From IMG/VR virus record IMGVR_UViG_3300033463_000003: a stretch of DNA of 64,000 bases. One strand, given 5' to 3'. The notes under the pieces were generated by a model. That model made no database searches. It was not told the DNA's origin and saw nothing but the letters and a program-made list of their open reading frames with translations. The position numbers and the translations under genes are program-made. Positions 20,838-30,877 of this stretch are shown one piece after another (position 1 is the stretch's first letter; every line of letters starts with the position of its first letter). The stretch is from a virus (Duplodnaviria > Heunggongvirae > Uroviricota > Caudoviricetes).

Positions 20838-21162
20838 ACGTCATTTTAAAACAAATTTAATTCTGGGCACATATATTCCAAATATTTTCTTTGAATTACT
20901 TTGGGCCTCACAGCTAACCTATCTTACTTATATTGCAGTTAATCCACTTCCTCATATGGCAGAATGGCAATGTAAAGCTTGTATTATTGTGCTCCCAATT
21001 TTAGCTATTATATTAACTCTTGTTTCAATTATAAATATCCAAACAATTATAAGGGATACTAAGCAATATTTTAATACATTAGAGTTACTTGAAAAAGTGA
21101 AAATAGAAATGAAACCATATATAGAAGAAACATTAGAAAAAGTTAAAAAGGAGATTCATTAA
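20830..21162 (+). CDS. Two-TM membrane protein
   Basis: Hydrophobic segments. Confidence 0.55.
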   Translation: MDKRHFKTNLILGTYIPNIFFELLWASQLTYLTYIAVNPLPHMAEWQCKACIIVLPILAIILTLVSIINIQTIIRDTKQYFNTLELLEKVKIEMKPYIEETLEKVKKEIH

Positions 21163-21164
21163 TT

Positions 21165-21734
21165 ATGGCAAAGTTCAAAAAAGGACAAGTAGTTTATTTC
21201 TACGAACAAACAGGCGAATATGAAGGACAAATCAGATCTGGAAATATTACAGCTGCTACTAAAGATTTATTAACAGGCGTAATAAAATATAAGGTTAAAG
21301 TATGTCCTGTCATGGGTAATTTATGGAGCTATTTCTGTGAATATGAACGCGAATTAGATTTTGACCAACTTTATACTAGCCGTAAGCAAATTGAAAAAGA
21401 GTATAAAGAAGAAATTATCTATGGTGATTTGTCAAGAAAGCTTGCTAAGTTAGAAGAATTATTAGTAAGAACTATTGCAGAGGCCAAACCAAAATTTGAA
21501 AACGGCTCTTGGGGAACTACCATAACTTTAAACGGTGGCGAAATTACTTCTAAGATTGTTGTTAATGCTAAGGATGTTGAAATTGAAGGCATTGGAAGCT
21601 TACAAGAAGAATTTAAAAAGCTAAAGAAAGATGTTACTGATTTAAAGAAAAAAATTAAACCAAAAACAAAGAAGCCAGTTGTTAAAGAAAAAGAAAGTAA
21701 AACTGAAGAGCAAACAGTTACGGGGACAAAATAA
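21165..21734 (+). CDS. Hypothetical protein
   Basis: ORF track. Confidence 0.55.
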   Translation: MAKFKKGQVVYFYEQTGEYEGQIRSGNITAATKDLLTGVIKYKVKVCPVMGNLWSYFCEYERELDFDQLYTSRKQIEKEYKEEIIYGDLSRKLAKLEELLVRTIAEAKPKFENGSWGTTITLNGGEITSKIVVNAKDVEIEGIGSLQEEFKKLKKDVTDLKKKIKPKTKKPVVKEKESKTEEQTVTGTK

Positions 21735-21979
21735 TGACAGATTTCGAAGCATTAGAATATATTAAAAAACACTTAGTTGATATTGATAAGGCATTTGGTA
21801 CAGGTAGAACTCTTATTGGTGCTTGGTGTGATTATAGTAAAGAGTTTGAAGAATGGCTAGAATCAGTTTTAGCTAATAGACCAACAAACAAACCAAAAGT
21901 TGAGCAGCCGACACTCTGGGAAACTAGTAGTGAAGAGCACCCAATTGAAGATGATTGGAAGAATTTCTTAAATGATTAG
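21734..21979 (+). CDS. Hypothetical protein
   Basis: ORF track. Confidence 0.5.
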   Translation: MTDFEALEYIKKHLVDIDKAFGTGRTLIGAWCDYSKEFEEWLESVLANRPTNKPKVEQPTLWETSSEEHPIEDDWKNFLND

Positions 21980-22373
21980 CTGGATTTCATTTTTAATTTT
22001 AGTAGCTATGTTTTTTGCCCATCTTGTTGATGACTATTATTTACAAGGGTGATTAGCAAGCGGAAAACAAAAAAGCTGGTGGGAAAAGAATGCACCAGAC
22101 CCACTTTATAGACATGATTATAAAATGGCCTTATCTTGTCATGCTATGTCATGGTCTATTATGATTAGTGCCCCAATTATTATTTATAGTTTATATGCAG
22201 GAATAAACCTTGATTGGTTTTTATTAATAATTCCTGTAAATATGGCTATTCATGCTGTTGTTGATGATTTAAAAGCAAATAGACATAAAATAAATTTAAT
22301 TGCAGATCAAAGTATACATTTCAGCCAAATATTACTTACTTGGCTATTATTTATATTAATATTTGTCATGTAA
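21972..22373 (+). CDS. DUF3307-like membrane protein (code 4; TGA 22050-22052 = Trp)
   Basis: AH..DDYYLQG[TGA]LASGKQKSWW; later H..VDDLKAN and DQ..H motifs. Confidence 0.75.
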
Positions 22374-22460
22374 AGAGCTAAATTAAATGATAACTTTGGC
22401 AATTGTTTAGGACATGATGTGTCAATTTAATGCTGAGTTAATCTATAAAGGGAGACTAAT

Positions 22461-23363
22461 ATGGATAATTCAGGTTATACTGGCTGAAGAAAATGGAAGC
22501 CCAGCTCTGATGAATGGGTAGAACTATATACATCAAATAAAATTCCATTTCAACTCAAAGAAAATGAATATTTAATTGCAGAGTCAAGTGATGGTGTCTG
22601 TACATTCTACTGTAATGAAAATGGCAGTCTAAGAAAGTTTACAGGTGGGTCAATTAAAACAATTAAAGATATGACCCCTGTTTTCTTAGAAGAACAAAAA
22701 GAAACAGATAAAAAACCAGCTCCTAAAAAGTATTCAAAAGGCAAAAATGTAGTAATAACACCAAAAAATGTTGAACAGGTATGTGCCTTTGATTTAATGA
22801 AAGATCCAACAAAAACAATTAAGCTTTTGACTGGAACTTGAGGCACAGGTAAAACTTTAATCTTAGTATCTGCAGCATTAGAAGCATTAAAGCAAGGCAG
22901 ATTTGATAGAATTGTCTGGATTAGAAATAATGTTGATGTTAAGGATACAAAAGATTTAGGTGCGCTTCCTGGTGATGTGATTGATAAATTACTTCCATTC
23001 TTGGGGCCATTTATCGACCATGCTGGTGAAGCAAGCGTAAGAACTATGTTAAATAAAGGAACACTTGTTGTTGAACCACTTCAATCCTTGCGAGGTAGAA
23101 ATTTCAATAATACATTAATTATGTGTTCTGAAGCCGAAAACTTAACAAAAGAGCATATACAGCTTATTATTGCTAGAGCTGCGGAAGGCTCAGAGGTTTG
23201 GTTTGATGCAGATAATAGACAACGTGATAAAGCAACCTTTGAAAAATCAAAAGGTATTGAAACATTAATAGAAAGATTTGCTGGACAAAAGCTATTTGGG
23301 TATGTTCATTTAGTTAAAAGTGAACGTTCTGAAACAGCTGCTATGGCAGATTTACTTAATTAA
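22461..23363 (+). CDS. phoH: PhoH-family ATPase (code 4; TGA at 22485 and 22839, the latter in the P-loop)
   Basis: TGT[TGA]GTGKT P-loop, LGALPG..KL.P, LRGRNF, EAENLT. Confidence 0.88.
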
Positions 23364-23375
23364 GAGGTGATAATA

Positions 23376-24026
23376 ATGAGTTTAGTGGTCGCAATTAAAC
23401 ATAAAGATAGATTTGTTATTGGTGCTGATAAACAAGTTAGCACTGGTTTAAACAAAGATCATACTGCAATTAAGCTTTGGACTCTTTCTGAACTTCCAGA
23501 TGCAGTTATGGGAAGTGTTGGAACAATTAGAGCAATGCAAGTTATTCAATATTCAGATATTATTGATAAAAATTGCTTTGGTGAAGAAATTACAACTGAA
23601 TTTATTGTTAAGTCCCTTGTTCCAACTATTATAGCAACTTTAGAAGGTAATGGTGTTGAATGTTCTGAAGGCGATGAAAAGAAATCAATTAAATATATGC
23701 CTAACTCATTTATTTTTGCAATTAAGGATAAAGCTTGGCTTATTTGGAATGATTTAAGTGTTACAGAAATTACAGATGCTATGGCTATTGGCTCCGGCTC
23801 TGATATTGCTAAAGGTGTTTTATATGCAACAAAAGATAAGGACCCATTTAGCCGTATTGTAACTTGTATTGATGCTGCTGCTGAAGCAACTTTATATGTT
23901 GATGATGGTATTGACTTATTAGCAACAAAAGTTTATTCTGATGATGAAAAATTAATTAAAAAAGCATTAGGTATTGAGCTTACAGAAGAAAAGAAAAAAG
24001 CTAAGAAAAAGGTCAGCAAAAAGTAA
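23376..24026 (+). CDS. Ntn-hydrolase (proteasome beta/HslV-like) protein
   Basis: N-terminal S-L-V-V-A-I, GAD.Q, AIGSG. Confidence 0.6.
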   Translation: MSLVVAIKHKDRFVIGADKQVSTGLNKDHTAIKLWTLSELPDAVMGSVGTIRAMQVIQYSDIIDKNCFGEEITTEFIVKSLVPTIIATLEGNGVECSEGDEKKSIKYMPNSFIFAIKDKAWLIWNDLSVTEITDAMAIGSGSDIAKGVLYATKDKDPFSRIVTCIDAAAEATLYVDDGIDLLATKVYSDDEKLIKKALGIELTEEKKKAKKKVSKK

Positions 24027-24059
24027 ATAAAATTGCTAAATTTATTGTATAATAAATTG

Positions 24060-24130
24060 TTATCAATGAATCTTATTGTCGAGATTCAGGGTATAGATGT
24101 TCATTGATAATCATGGAAAAGGATCCATGA
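24060..24130 (+). promoter_or_regulatory. Structured 5' leader
   Basis: Perfect 11-bp stem TTATCAATGAA/TTCATTGATAA with a competing GAATCT/AGATTC stem, followed by TCATGGA/TCCATGA hairpin. Confidence 0.35.
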
Positions 24131-24159
24131 AAAATACTTAATAGGAGAGGTAATTATTA

Positions 24160-24603
24160 ATGAAAACAATTGAAAAAGAAGCTTGTAGTTATGGCTACTA
24201 CAGCAAATTACTTAAAAAGCCATTTGATTCTTTAGATGAATTAAAAGCAGCTGAAGATGAGTATAATAAAGCTCATGAAGCTGAAATTAAGGCTAAAGAA
24301 GAACGTAAAGCTGAAGCTGAAGAAGTTAAAGCTGCAATTAAAGCTCGTTATGAAGCTGAAATTGCTGCTAATACTGCAAAGAAAGATGCCTATAAGGCTT
24401 ATCTTGAAGCTTGTGATAAAGCTGATAATGCAGTTAAGGAAGCAAAACATGCTGAGCATGAAAAGTTAACAGCTTTCTGTGCAAAGCATCCTGAAGGTTT
24501 CCACGATACCATTCAAATTGGTAATGCAACTTATAACTATAACTATTCAACTAGTACAAGCTCAGCAGTAGACCCATTTATTAGATTACTTAGCTGGTTT
24601 TAA
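24160..24603 (+). CDS. Ala/Glu/Lys-rich coiled-coil protein
   Basis: Strong RBS, helical low-complexity composition. Confidence 0.6.
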   Translation: MKTIEKEACSYGYYSKLLKKPFDSLDELKAAEDEYNKAHEAEIKAKEERKAEAEEVKAAIKARYEAEIAANTAKKDAYKAYLEACDKADNAVKEAKHAEHEKLTAFCAKHPEGFHDTIQIGNATYNYNYSTSTSSAVDPFIRLLSWF

Positions 24604-24716
24604 TTAATTAAATAGTTAAAACAATATTAATAAAACTGAATCTTAATGGCACATTTTGTGCCATTTTTTATTTATTTTTAATGTATAATATAGTAATAAG
24701 TGAGGTTTATTTATTA

Positions 24717-25223
24717 ATGATTTCAGGTATTGTATGTTGCGATAAAGCTTGGGGAATTGGAAAGAAGAATAGTTTACTCTTCAATCTTCCAGCTGATATG
24801 AGCTATTTTAAGAAAAAAACAGAGCACCATATAGTAGTAATGGGTTATAATACCTATCTTAGCCTCCCGAAAAAGTTTAGACCGCTTCCAAATAGAGTTA
24901 ATTTAATTCTTTGGGATAAAGCACCATTACCAGATTGTTTAGATGGGTGTATAGTATTTAATGATTTTAACAACTTAGTTAACTTTGTTAAAATACTTGC
25001 TGAGGAATATGAAGTATTTATTTGTGGCGGGCAAATGTTATATCATAGCTTTATTGATTTATATGATAGAGTTTATGTTACATTAGTTGATACAATTGAC
25101 CAAGAAGCAACAGCATTCTTTCCAAATTTAGATGAAGCAGGTTTTGAATGCTTCCAGGAAACAGATTGGAAAGAAGATAATGGTTATAATATTAAATTTA
25201 CAGTTTATGAGAGGGCAAGATAA
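24717..25223 (+). CDS. folA: Dihydrofolate reductase
   Basis: GIG...L.F..P.DM..F, VMG..T, RPLPNR.N, ICGG, DAFFP-like motif. Confidence 0.92.
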   Translation: MISGIVCCDKAWGIGKKNSLLFNLPADMSYFKKKTEHHIVVMGYNTYLSLPKKFRPLPNRVNLILWDKAPLPDCLDGCIVFNDFNNLVNFVKILAEEYEVFICGGQMLYHSFIDLYDRVYVTLVDTIDQEATAFFPNLDEAGFECFQETDWKEDNGYNIKFTVYERAR

Positions 25224-25924
25224 TGATTAAAGATATTCCAAATAATGAATTTATTAAAATTAGACAAGAATTGGATAGTTATCCAGCCAATAGTGCAGAA
25301 CGAAGCATAGCAGCTCAAGGATATTTACTTACTTATGAATTACCAGATGAGGTAAGTAATAAAGATTTACTTGTATATTTCTATGGTGGCCAAACTTCAC
25401 AAAGAGTTTGGAAATGGTTATATCTTATTGAAAGAAGCATTCCATATTATAGTAGCAGCCAACCAGAATGGCAAAAACGTCTACTTTACTTTCCAGCAAC
25501 TTATATTTTTGAAGATTATTTACTTGATAAGAAGTTTAATTATAGAGGTCAGGAAGTAAAATTATTATTTTCAAGGCATTCTGGCGACCATAATACTTTA
25601 CATACTGGCCCAAATGAACAAGATGCTCCAGATTATTATATTTGGGTAGATGGTAAGCATATATTTATAGACTATAAATTTGCATCAGTTGCAAGGTTTT
25701 CTAATATACAGCAAGTCGCAGAGTATTATTCAGACGGCAAACATATGCATAATGCTAAGATATTATTATCATTTTTAGAAGCTGAAAATAAATTTTATCT
25801 TATTGATTATCTTAATAATGAGTATTATCCATTAGATATTCCTGCTCCGGCCACATATATTACAACTGCAGATAATAATAGTTATCAAGATCCGTTAGCA
25901 GTTTTAGTTGAAGAAGAAATTTAA
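25223..25924 (+). CDS. Hypothetical protein, possible PD-(D/E)xK nuclease fold
   Basis: PD-x9-IDYK. Confidence 0.35.
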   Translation: MIKDIPNNEFIKIRQELDSYPANSAERSIAAQGYLLTYELPDEVSNKDLLVYFYGGQTSQRVWKWLYLIERSIPYYSSSQPEWQKRLLYFPATYIFEDYLLDKKFNYRGQEVKLLFSRHSGDHNTLHTGPNEQDAPDYYIWVDGKHIFIDYKFASVARFSNIQQVAEYYSDGKHMHNAKILLSFLEAENKFYLIDYLNNEYYPLDIPAPATYITTADNNSYQDPLAVLVEEEI

Positions 25925-26425
25925 ATGCAAATTTATATATCTTATTTTTATAATATTAGATTTTTTACGCCAAATATGATTCCGGTGTCCACAGCAATTT
26001 GGGATCCAAAATGGATTCGTGAAAAAACACATAATAAATCATATTTTCTAAATGAGGATAATATTATGCTTGGGATTAAAGAAGAAAGCTTAATATTTAA
26101 TCCTGAAGTATTTGAAAGTATGGATGAGCAATGCCAGAAAGATTGCCCATATCGTAATAAAATTCCAAACTGTGACTTTATGATTAAGTATACAGAGCAG
26201 CTAAGGAAAGTCGATTTTAAGAATTATTTATTGCCGGAATTAGCTAGAGTTGCAGAGGATGTAAGAAAAATAACTCATTATGAAGGTGAGCCAATTATTG
26301 TATTAATGGTGCACGAGGCTCCAACAGTTCCATGTTCAGAAAGGCCAGTACTACAAAAAGTATTTAAAGAAAATGGAATTGAGTTAAAAGAATGGTCTAA
26401 AGAATTATCTGGGGAGGTACTTTAA
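25925..26425 (+). CDS. Hypothetical phage protein (DUF488-like)
   Basis: ISYF...P.STA.W.PKW; HE...PCSER. Confidence 0.45.
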   Translation: MQIYISYFYNIRFFTPNMIPVSTAIWDPKWIREKTHNKSYFLNEDNIMLGIKEESLIFNPEVFESMDEQCQKDCPYRNKIPNCDFMIKYTEQLRKVDFKNYLLPELARVAEDVRKITHYEGEPIIVLMVHEAPTVPCSERPVLQKVFKENGIELKEWSKELSGEVL

Positions 26426-26676
26426 TGGGTATATTCTTAATTATTATTGGTGCTATATTAGCATTTTGTTGCGGAATAGTTTATTTTGGTACTGCTCTAG
26501 CTACAAAAAGTCAAGAAAACTGGGATGACTTTATGAAGAGCTTTGAAGAAAATAATTTATCTGTCCCAGAAGAAACAGTTTATTCAATGGTATCAAGAAT
26601 GAAATTAATATCTGGCTGTGCTGCAGTATTTGGTATTATTTGCCTTCTTGGTGGCATTTTATTACAAATTTTTTAA
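26425..26676 (+). CDS. Two-TM membrane protein
   Basis: Hydrophobic N- and C-terminal helices. Confidence 0.55.
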   Translation: MGIFLIIIGAILAFCCGIVYFGTALATKSQENWDDFMKSFEENNLSVPEETVYSMVSRMKLISGCAAVFGIICLLGGILLQIF

Positions 26677-26868
26677 TTGAAAGGAATTGAAATTATGGAA
26701 GTCAAGAAAATTGCAGAATTTACAACAGCAGAAGTTGAAACATTAACAGCAGCTGGTAAGATTTTAGGTACTTTAGCAAATGCTATTGCTGCTTCAGAAG
26801 TTGACGGCCTTGATGTTGACTCAACAAACTTAATTATGGCTTTAAAAGATGTTATTGCCAGGGTGTAA
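26677..26868 (+). CDS. Hypothetical protein
   Basis: ORF track; true start probably ATG of MEVKK. Confidence 0.5.
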   Translation: MKGIEIMEVKKIAEFTTAEVETLTAAGKILGTLANAIAASEVDGLDVDSTNLIMALKDVIARV

Positions 26869-27012
26869 TTTATGTCAAGAAAAGATTATATTAATAGACG
26901 CCTCATGGAATTAGCTTGTATTGTAGAAACAAGAGGGCTTGATCCGGTTGAAGCAGAAGAAGAAAAAAGATTAGAAATTGAATTAGAAACTTTATCTAAG
27001 GAGGAGTAGATA

Positions 27013-28749
27013 ATGAAGAATATTTTAGATTTAGCTGCTGAGCTAAAAATCCCTCAGGAGTATGTTTTACCATATGGCTGGGATAAAGCTAAGATTGATT
27101 TTAAATATAGAGACGAATTAAAAGATAGGCCAGATGGAAAACTTATCTTAGTTACAGCTATTACTCCAACAAAAGCAGGTGAAGGTAAAACTACAACTAC
27201 AATTGGCTTACATGATGGCTTACGTAGAATTGGCGTTAATTCACTTGCTTGTTTACGTGAACCTTCTTTAGGGCCTGTTTGGGGAATTAAAGGTGGAGCT
27301 GTTGGTGCTTTAAAATCAACCATTGTTCCAAGTGATGATATTAATTTACATTTTACAGGTGATTTTCATGCATTAACTTCTACTATTAATTTAATGGCAG
27401 CTATTATTGAAAATCATATCTGGCAGGGCAATGAATTAAATATTGATCCTGAAAGAATTGTTTGGCCAAGAGCATTAGATGTTAATGACCGTTCAATTAG
27501 AAGCATTGCCGTTAATGCTGATGGCACAGCTGGCGATGATATGGATAATAGGGGCTTGGATATTGAACTTCAAAAGCTTGACCTTAAAGGTAAAGATGAA
27601 GCTACAATAGAAAAAACTCGTGTTAGAAAAACAAATCATAAATCGGAGTTTGTTATTACAGTTGCCTCTGAACTTATGACAATTCTTACTATTTCACAAT
27701 CTGAAGAAGAGTTTATGGATAGAGTTAATAAGATTTTGGTTGCATATAACAAAGATGGTGAGCCAGTTTATTTTGGACAATTCAATTGTAGCAAAGCAAT
27801 TCTTAAAATGATGCGAAATGCAATGAATCCAAATTTAGTGCAAACTCTTGAAGAAAACCCAGTTTTAGTGCACTGCGGGCCATTTGCTAACATTTCAATT
27901 GGTGTTAACTCAATTAATGCAACAAAATTAGCACTTAAAATGTCTGATGTTGTTGTTACAGAAGCCGGATTTGGTGGTGATTTAGGAGCTGAAAAGTTCT
28001 TAGACATCAAATGTCAGCTAGCTGGAATTCATCCAAATGTTATTGTTTTAGTAGCCACCGCAAGAGCTCTTAAACTTCATGGTGGTATTAAATTTGAAGA
28101 TCTTGAAAAAGAAAATGTTGAAGCCGTTAAAGCTGGTATTTGTAACCTTGAAAAACATTATAATAATATGAAATTATATGGCGTTCCAGTTGTCGTTGCT
28201 ATTAACCGTTTTCCAAGTGATACTAATGCTGAAGTAGAAGCTATTGGTCGATGGTGTGTTGAAAACCGAGCACCTTGGGCAATTAATTCAGCTGCTTTAG
28301 ATGGAAGTGCAGGGGCAGTAAGCTTAGCTAATACTATTAAAGGCATTTTAAATAGCCAAAGCATGCCAAATTTATTTCCAGATTTTGCTGATAATTTTAA
28401 ACCATTAATTCCAATAGATAAAAAAGAACAATGGACAATAAAAGAAAAAATTGGTTATATTTGTCAACAAATTTATGGTGCTGGAAATGTAGAATATACA
28501 GAATTAGCCAACCAACAAATTAATGAGTATGAAAATCTTGGCTATAATGCATTACCAATTTGTATTTCTAAAACTCCAAATTCATTAACTGATGATGCTA
28601 AGATACTAGGTGCGCCAACAGGCTTTACGATTCATATTAGGGAAGTTAGATTATATAATGGTGCTGGGCTATTAGTTCCATTATCTGGTAGTTTATTATT
28701 AATGCCAGGTTTACCAAAAGAGCCAAGGTGTTTAGATAAGTTTAATTAA
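27013..28749 (+). CDS. fhs: Formate--tetrahydrofolate ligase
   Basis: TAITPTKAGEGKTTT, REPSLGP..GIKGGA, HFTGD.HA, VHCGPFANI, TEAGFG, MPGLP. Confidence 0.96.
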   Translation: MKNILDLAAELKIPQEYVLPYGWDKAKIDFKYRDELKDRPDGKLILVTAITPTKAGEGKTTTTIGLHDGLRRIGVNSLACLREPSLGPVWGIKGGAVGALKSTIVPSDDINLHFTGDFHALTSTINLMAAIIENHIWQGNELNIDPERIVWPRALDVNDRSIRSIAVNADGTAGDDMDNRGLDIELQKLDLKGKDEATIEKTRVRKTNHKSEFVITVASELMTILTISQSEEEFMDRVNKILVAYNKDGEPVYFGQFNCSKAILKMMRNAMNPNLVQTLEENPVLVHCGPFANISIGVNSINATKLALKMSDVVVTEAGFGGDLGAEKFLDIKCQLAGIHPNVIVLVATARALKLHGGIKFEDLEKENVEAVKAGICNLEKHYNNMKLYGVPVVVAINRFPSDTNAEVEAIGRWCVENRAPWAINSAALDGSAGAVSLANTIKGILNSQSMPNLFPDFADNFKPLIPIDKKEQWTIKEKIGYICQQIYGAGNVEYTELANQQINEYENLGYNALPICISKTPNSLTDDAKILGAPTGFTIHIREVRLYNGAGLLVPLSGSLLLMPGLPKEPRCLDKFN

Positions 28750-28898
28750 TATGGAATATAAAAAATATACTAAATGTGATTTTTGCCAATATAGAGCTGG
28801 TGGAAGATGCACTGTAAAGCCAGACTCATTTTATTGTCGTGATGCACAAAATGAATTTTATCAATGGCTTAAAGAAAGAAAACAAGGAAGGAAATAGT

Positions 28899-29684
28899 AT
28901 GCAAGTAATTAAAGAATACGTTGCTGAAAAGAAAGAAAAACTTAAAAAAGAATTAGCTGATAAAAAATTAGTTATGGTAATTGTTCAAGTTGGCCATGTT
29001 CCTGCTTCCGACCGCTATGTAAGAAATAAAATTAAAGATGCAGAAGAAGTTGGAATTGAGTGCGACCTTATCAATTTGCCAGAAACTATTTCAGAAGATG
29101 ATTTATTAGTTCAACTTCATATCTTAAATAGTAGAAGAGACGTTGATGGATATTTAGTACAATTGCCTCTTCCAAAACATATCAGTGAAGAAAAAGTTAA
29201 GCTAGCCATTGCTCCTGATAAAGATATTGATGGCTTCCATCCTTTATCAAAAACAACTCCAGCAACTCCTCTTGGAATATATAATTATTTAAAAGATATG
29301 AACTATGACTTTGTTGGTAAAAATGCTGTTGTTATTGGTCGTTCTAATATTGTTGGAAAACCAATGGCACACTTATTGCTAAAAGAAAGCTGCAATGTTA
29401 CGGTTCTTCACAGTAAAACAAAAGAAGCTGATAAAGCGTTTTATTTGGAACATGCTGACTTAATAGTATCAGCAGTTGGAAAAAGAAATATTATTACTCC
29501 AGATTATGAACTAAAGCCAACTGCCACTATTATAGATGTTGGTATAAACCAAAATGATGAAGGTAAACTTTGTGGCGATATAGAGCAAGATTTACCTGTT
29601 GCATTCCAAAGTCCAGTTCCATCTGGTGTAGGTCTTCTAACAAGAATGTCTGTTATAGATAATTTAATAGAGCTTAGTAAATAA
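28899..29684 (+). CDS. folD: Methylene-THF dehydrogenase/cyclohydrolase
   Basis: VQLPLP, KDIDGF, IGRSNIVGKP, DVGIN, PVPSGVG; ATG of MQVIK preceded by RBS. Confidence 0.94.
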   Translation: MQVIKEYVAEKKEKLKKELADKKLVMVIVQVGHVPASDRYVRNKIKDAEEVGIECDLINLPETISEDDLLVQLHILNSRRDVDGYLVQLPLPKHISEEKVKLAIAPDKDIDGFHPLSKTTPATPLGIYNYLKDMNYDFVGKNAVVIGRSNIVGKPMAHLLLKESCNVTVLHSKTKEADKAFYLEHADLIVSAVGKRNIITPDYELKPTATIIDVGINQNDEGKLCGDIEQDLPVAFQSPVPSGVGLLTRMSVIDNLIELSK

Positions 29685-29723
29685 GCTCTTTTTTTGCTAA
29701 ATTATATACAGAGGTAAAAATTT

Positions 29724-30134
29724 ATGAGTAGATATATTGATAGAGAAGATTCAGGGACTCCAATTTTATTTTTAGATGCTTTTAGTGTAGTTCCAGGAGT
29801 TGGTCCAGATTCTGATATGGATGGGCACGATTTATCTGGTTTAACTTATAGTGAAGAAATGAGATTAGATGATTTCATTGAACATTTTAATGAAAATTAT
29901 GCAGAAAAAGCTTCTGAAGTCAGATATATGGGAATGAGAATGATTTTAGTAAAAGATTTCTGGGATGATGAATTAATGGGAATGGAACCACAAGATGATG
30001 ATGGTGTTGAAGCACAAGATTATGAACAAATGGTTCAGTCTGCTAAAGATAGCTGGGATCAATTATTTAATTTAACTCCCCAAGAAAAGGTTGAATTTGA
30101 AAAGCAACTTAGACAAAAATATCATATAAAATAA
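29724..30134 (+). CDS. Acidic hypothetical protein
   Basis: Follows GCTAAATT motif, GAGG RBS. Confidence 0.6.
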   Translation: MSRYIDREDSGTPILFLDAFSVVPGVGPDSDMDGHDLSGLTYSEEMRLDDFIEHFNENYAEKASEVRYMGMRMILVKDFWDDELMGMEPQDDDGVEAQDYEQMVQSAKDSWDQLFNLTPQEKVEFEKQLRQKYHIK

Positions 30135-30154
30135 ATTATATTGAGGTATATGAA

Positions 30155-30877
30155 ATGGAATATAAAAGATTAAATTTTGAAGATTATTTTACAATTTGCT
30201 CTCGTAACTGGAATCATATCGAAACAGATTTATGGCTTGCAGAATATAAGCAAGTCAAGTATACTTATAAAAAGCGTGAATTTATTGCTGAATATCAAGT
30301 AAGATTTGATGAGGCACGTAATTGTATTCAAGTTATTTTGCAAGAAACAAATGAAAAGTCTGACTGGCTTGTTAATTTTAGTTTTCCAAAAAATATTTAT
30401 GATAAATTTACTTATGAAGGTGAAGTCATTCAATTAAAAGCTCACGGTGGTTGGAGTAGAATGTGGCTTGCCCTTCAAGATATTGTTAGAGGTGAAGTTA
30501 GAGAACTTTTAATTAGACATCCAGGTTGCTTTATTGAAGTTTTTGGTTGGTCTCTTGGCTCTGGTATTGCAAGTTTAGCCGCAGAAGATATTCATTTTAA
30601 ATTTGGTGTAAAACCTTATTTATATACATTTGGAAGTGTACGACCATTTTTTGGTAAAAAAACTCTAAACTATGTAAGAAATTGTTGTGAAAAAGCTTAT
30701 AATTTCTATGATCATTGTGATATTGTTGGTTACATGGTTCCATTTATAGGTTGAGGCGCAATTAATCACTATAAAGTTAAATTAGAAAAGCATTTCTGCA
30801 TTACAAAATTATTTAAACCAATTAAATATCATACACAATATCAAACACCTGAATTATATGAATGGATTGACGAATAA
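30155..30877 (+). CDS. Class 3 lipase / alpha-beta hydrolase (code 4; TGA 30752-30754 = Trp)
   Basis: GWSLG nucleophile elbow, AH.G, TFGS.R, D-I-V; candidate catalytic His (KYHTQY) lies after the TGA; read-through restores TAATG coupling at 30875-30879. Confidence 0.82.
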
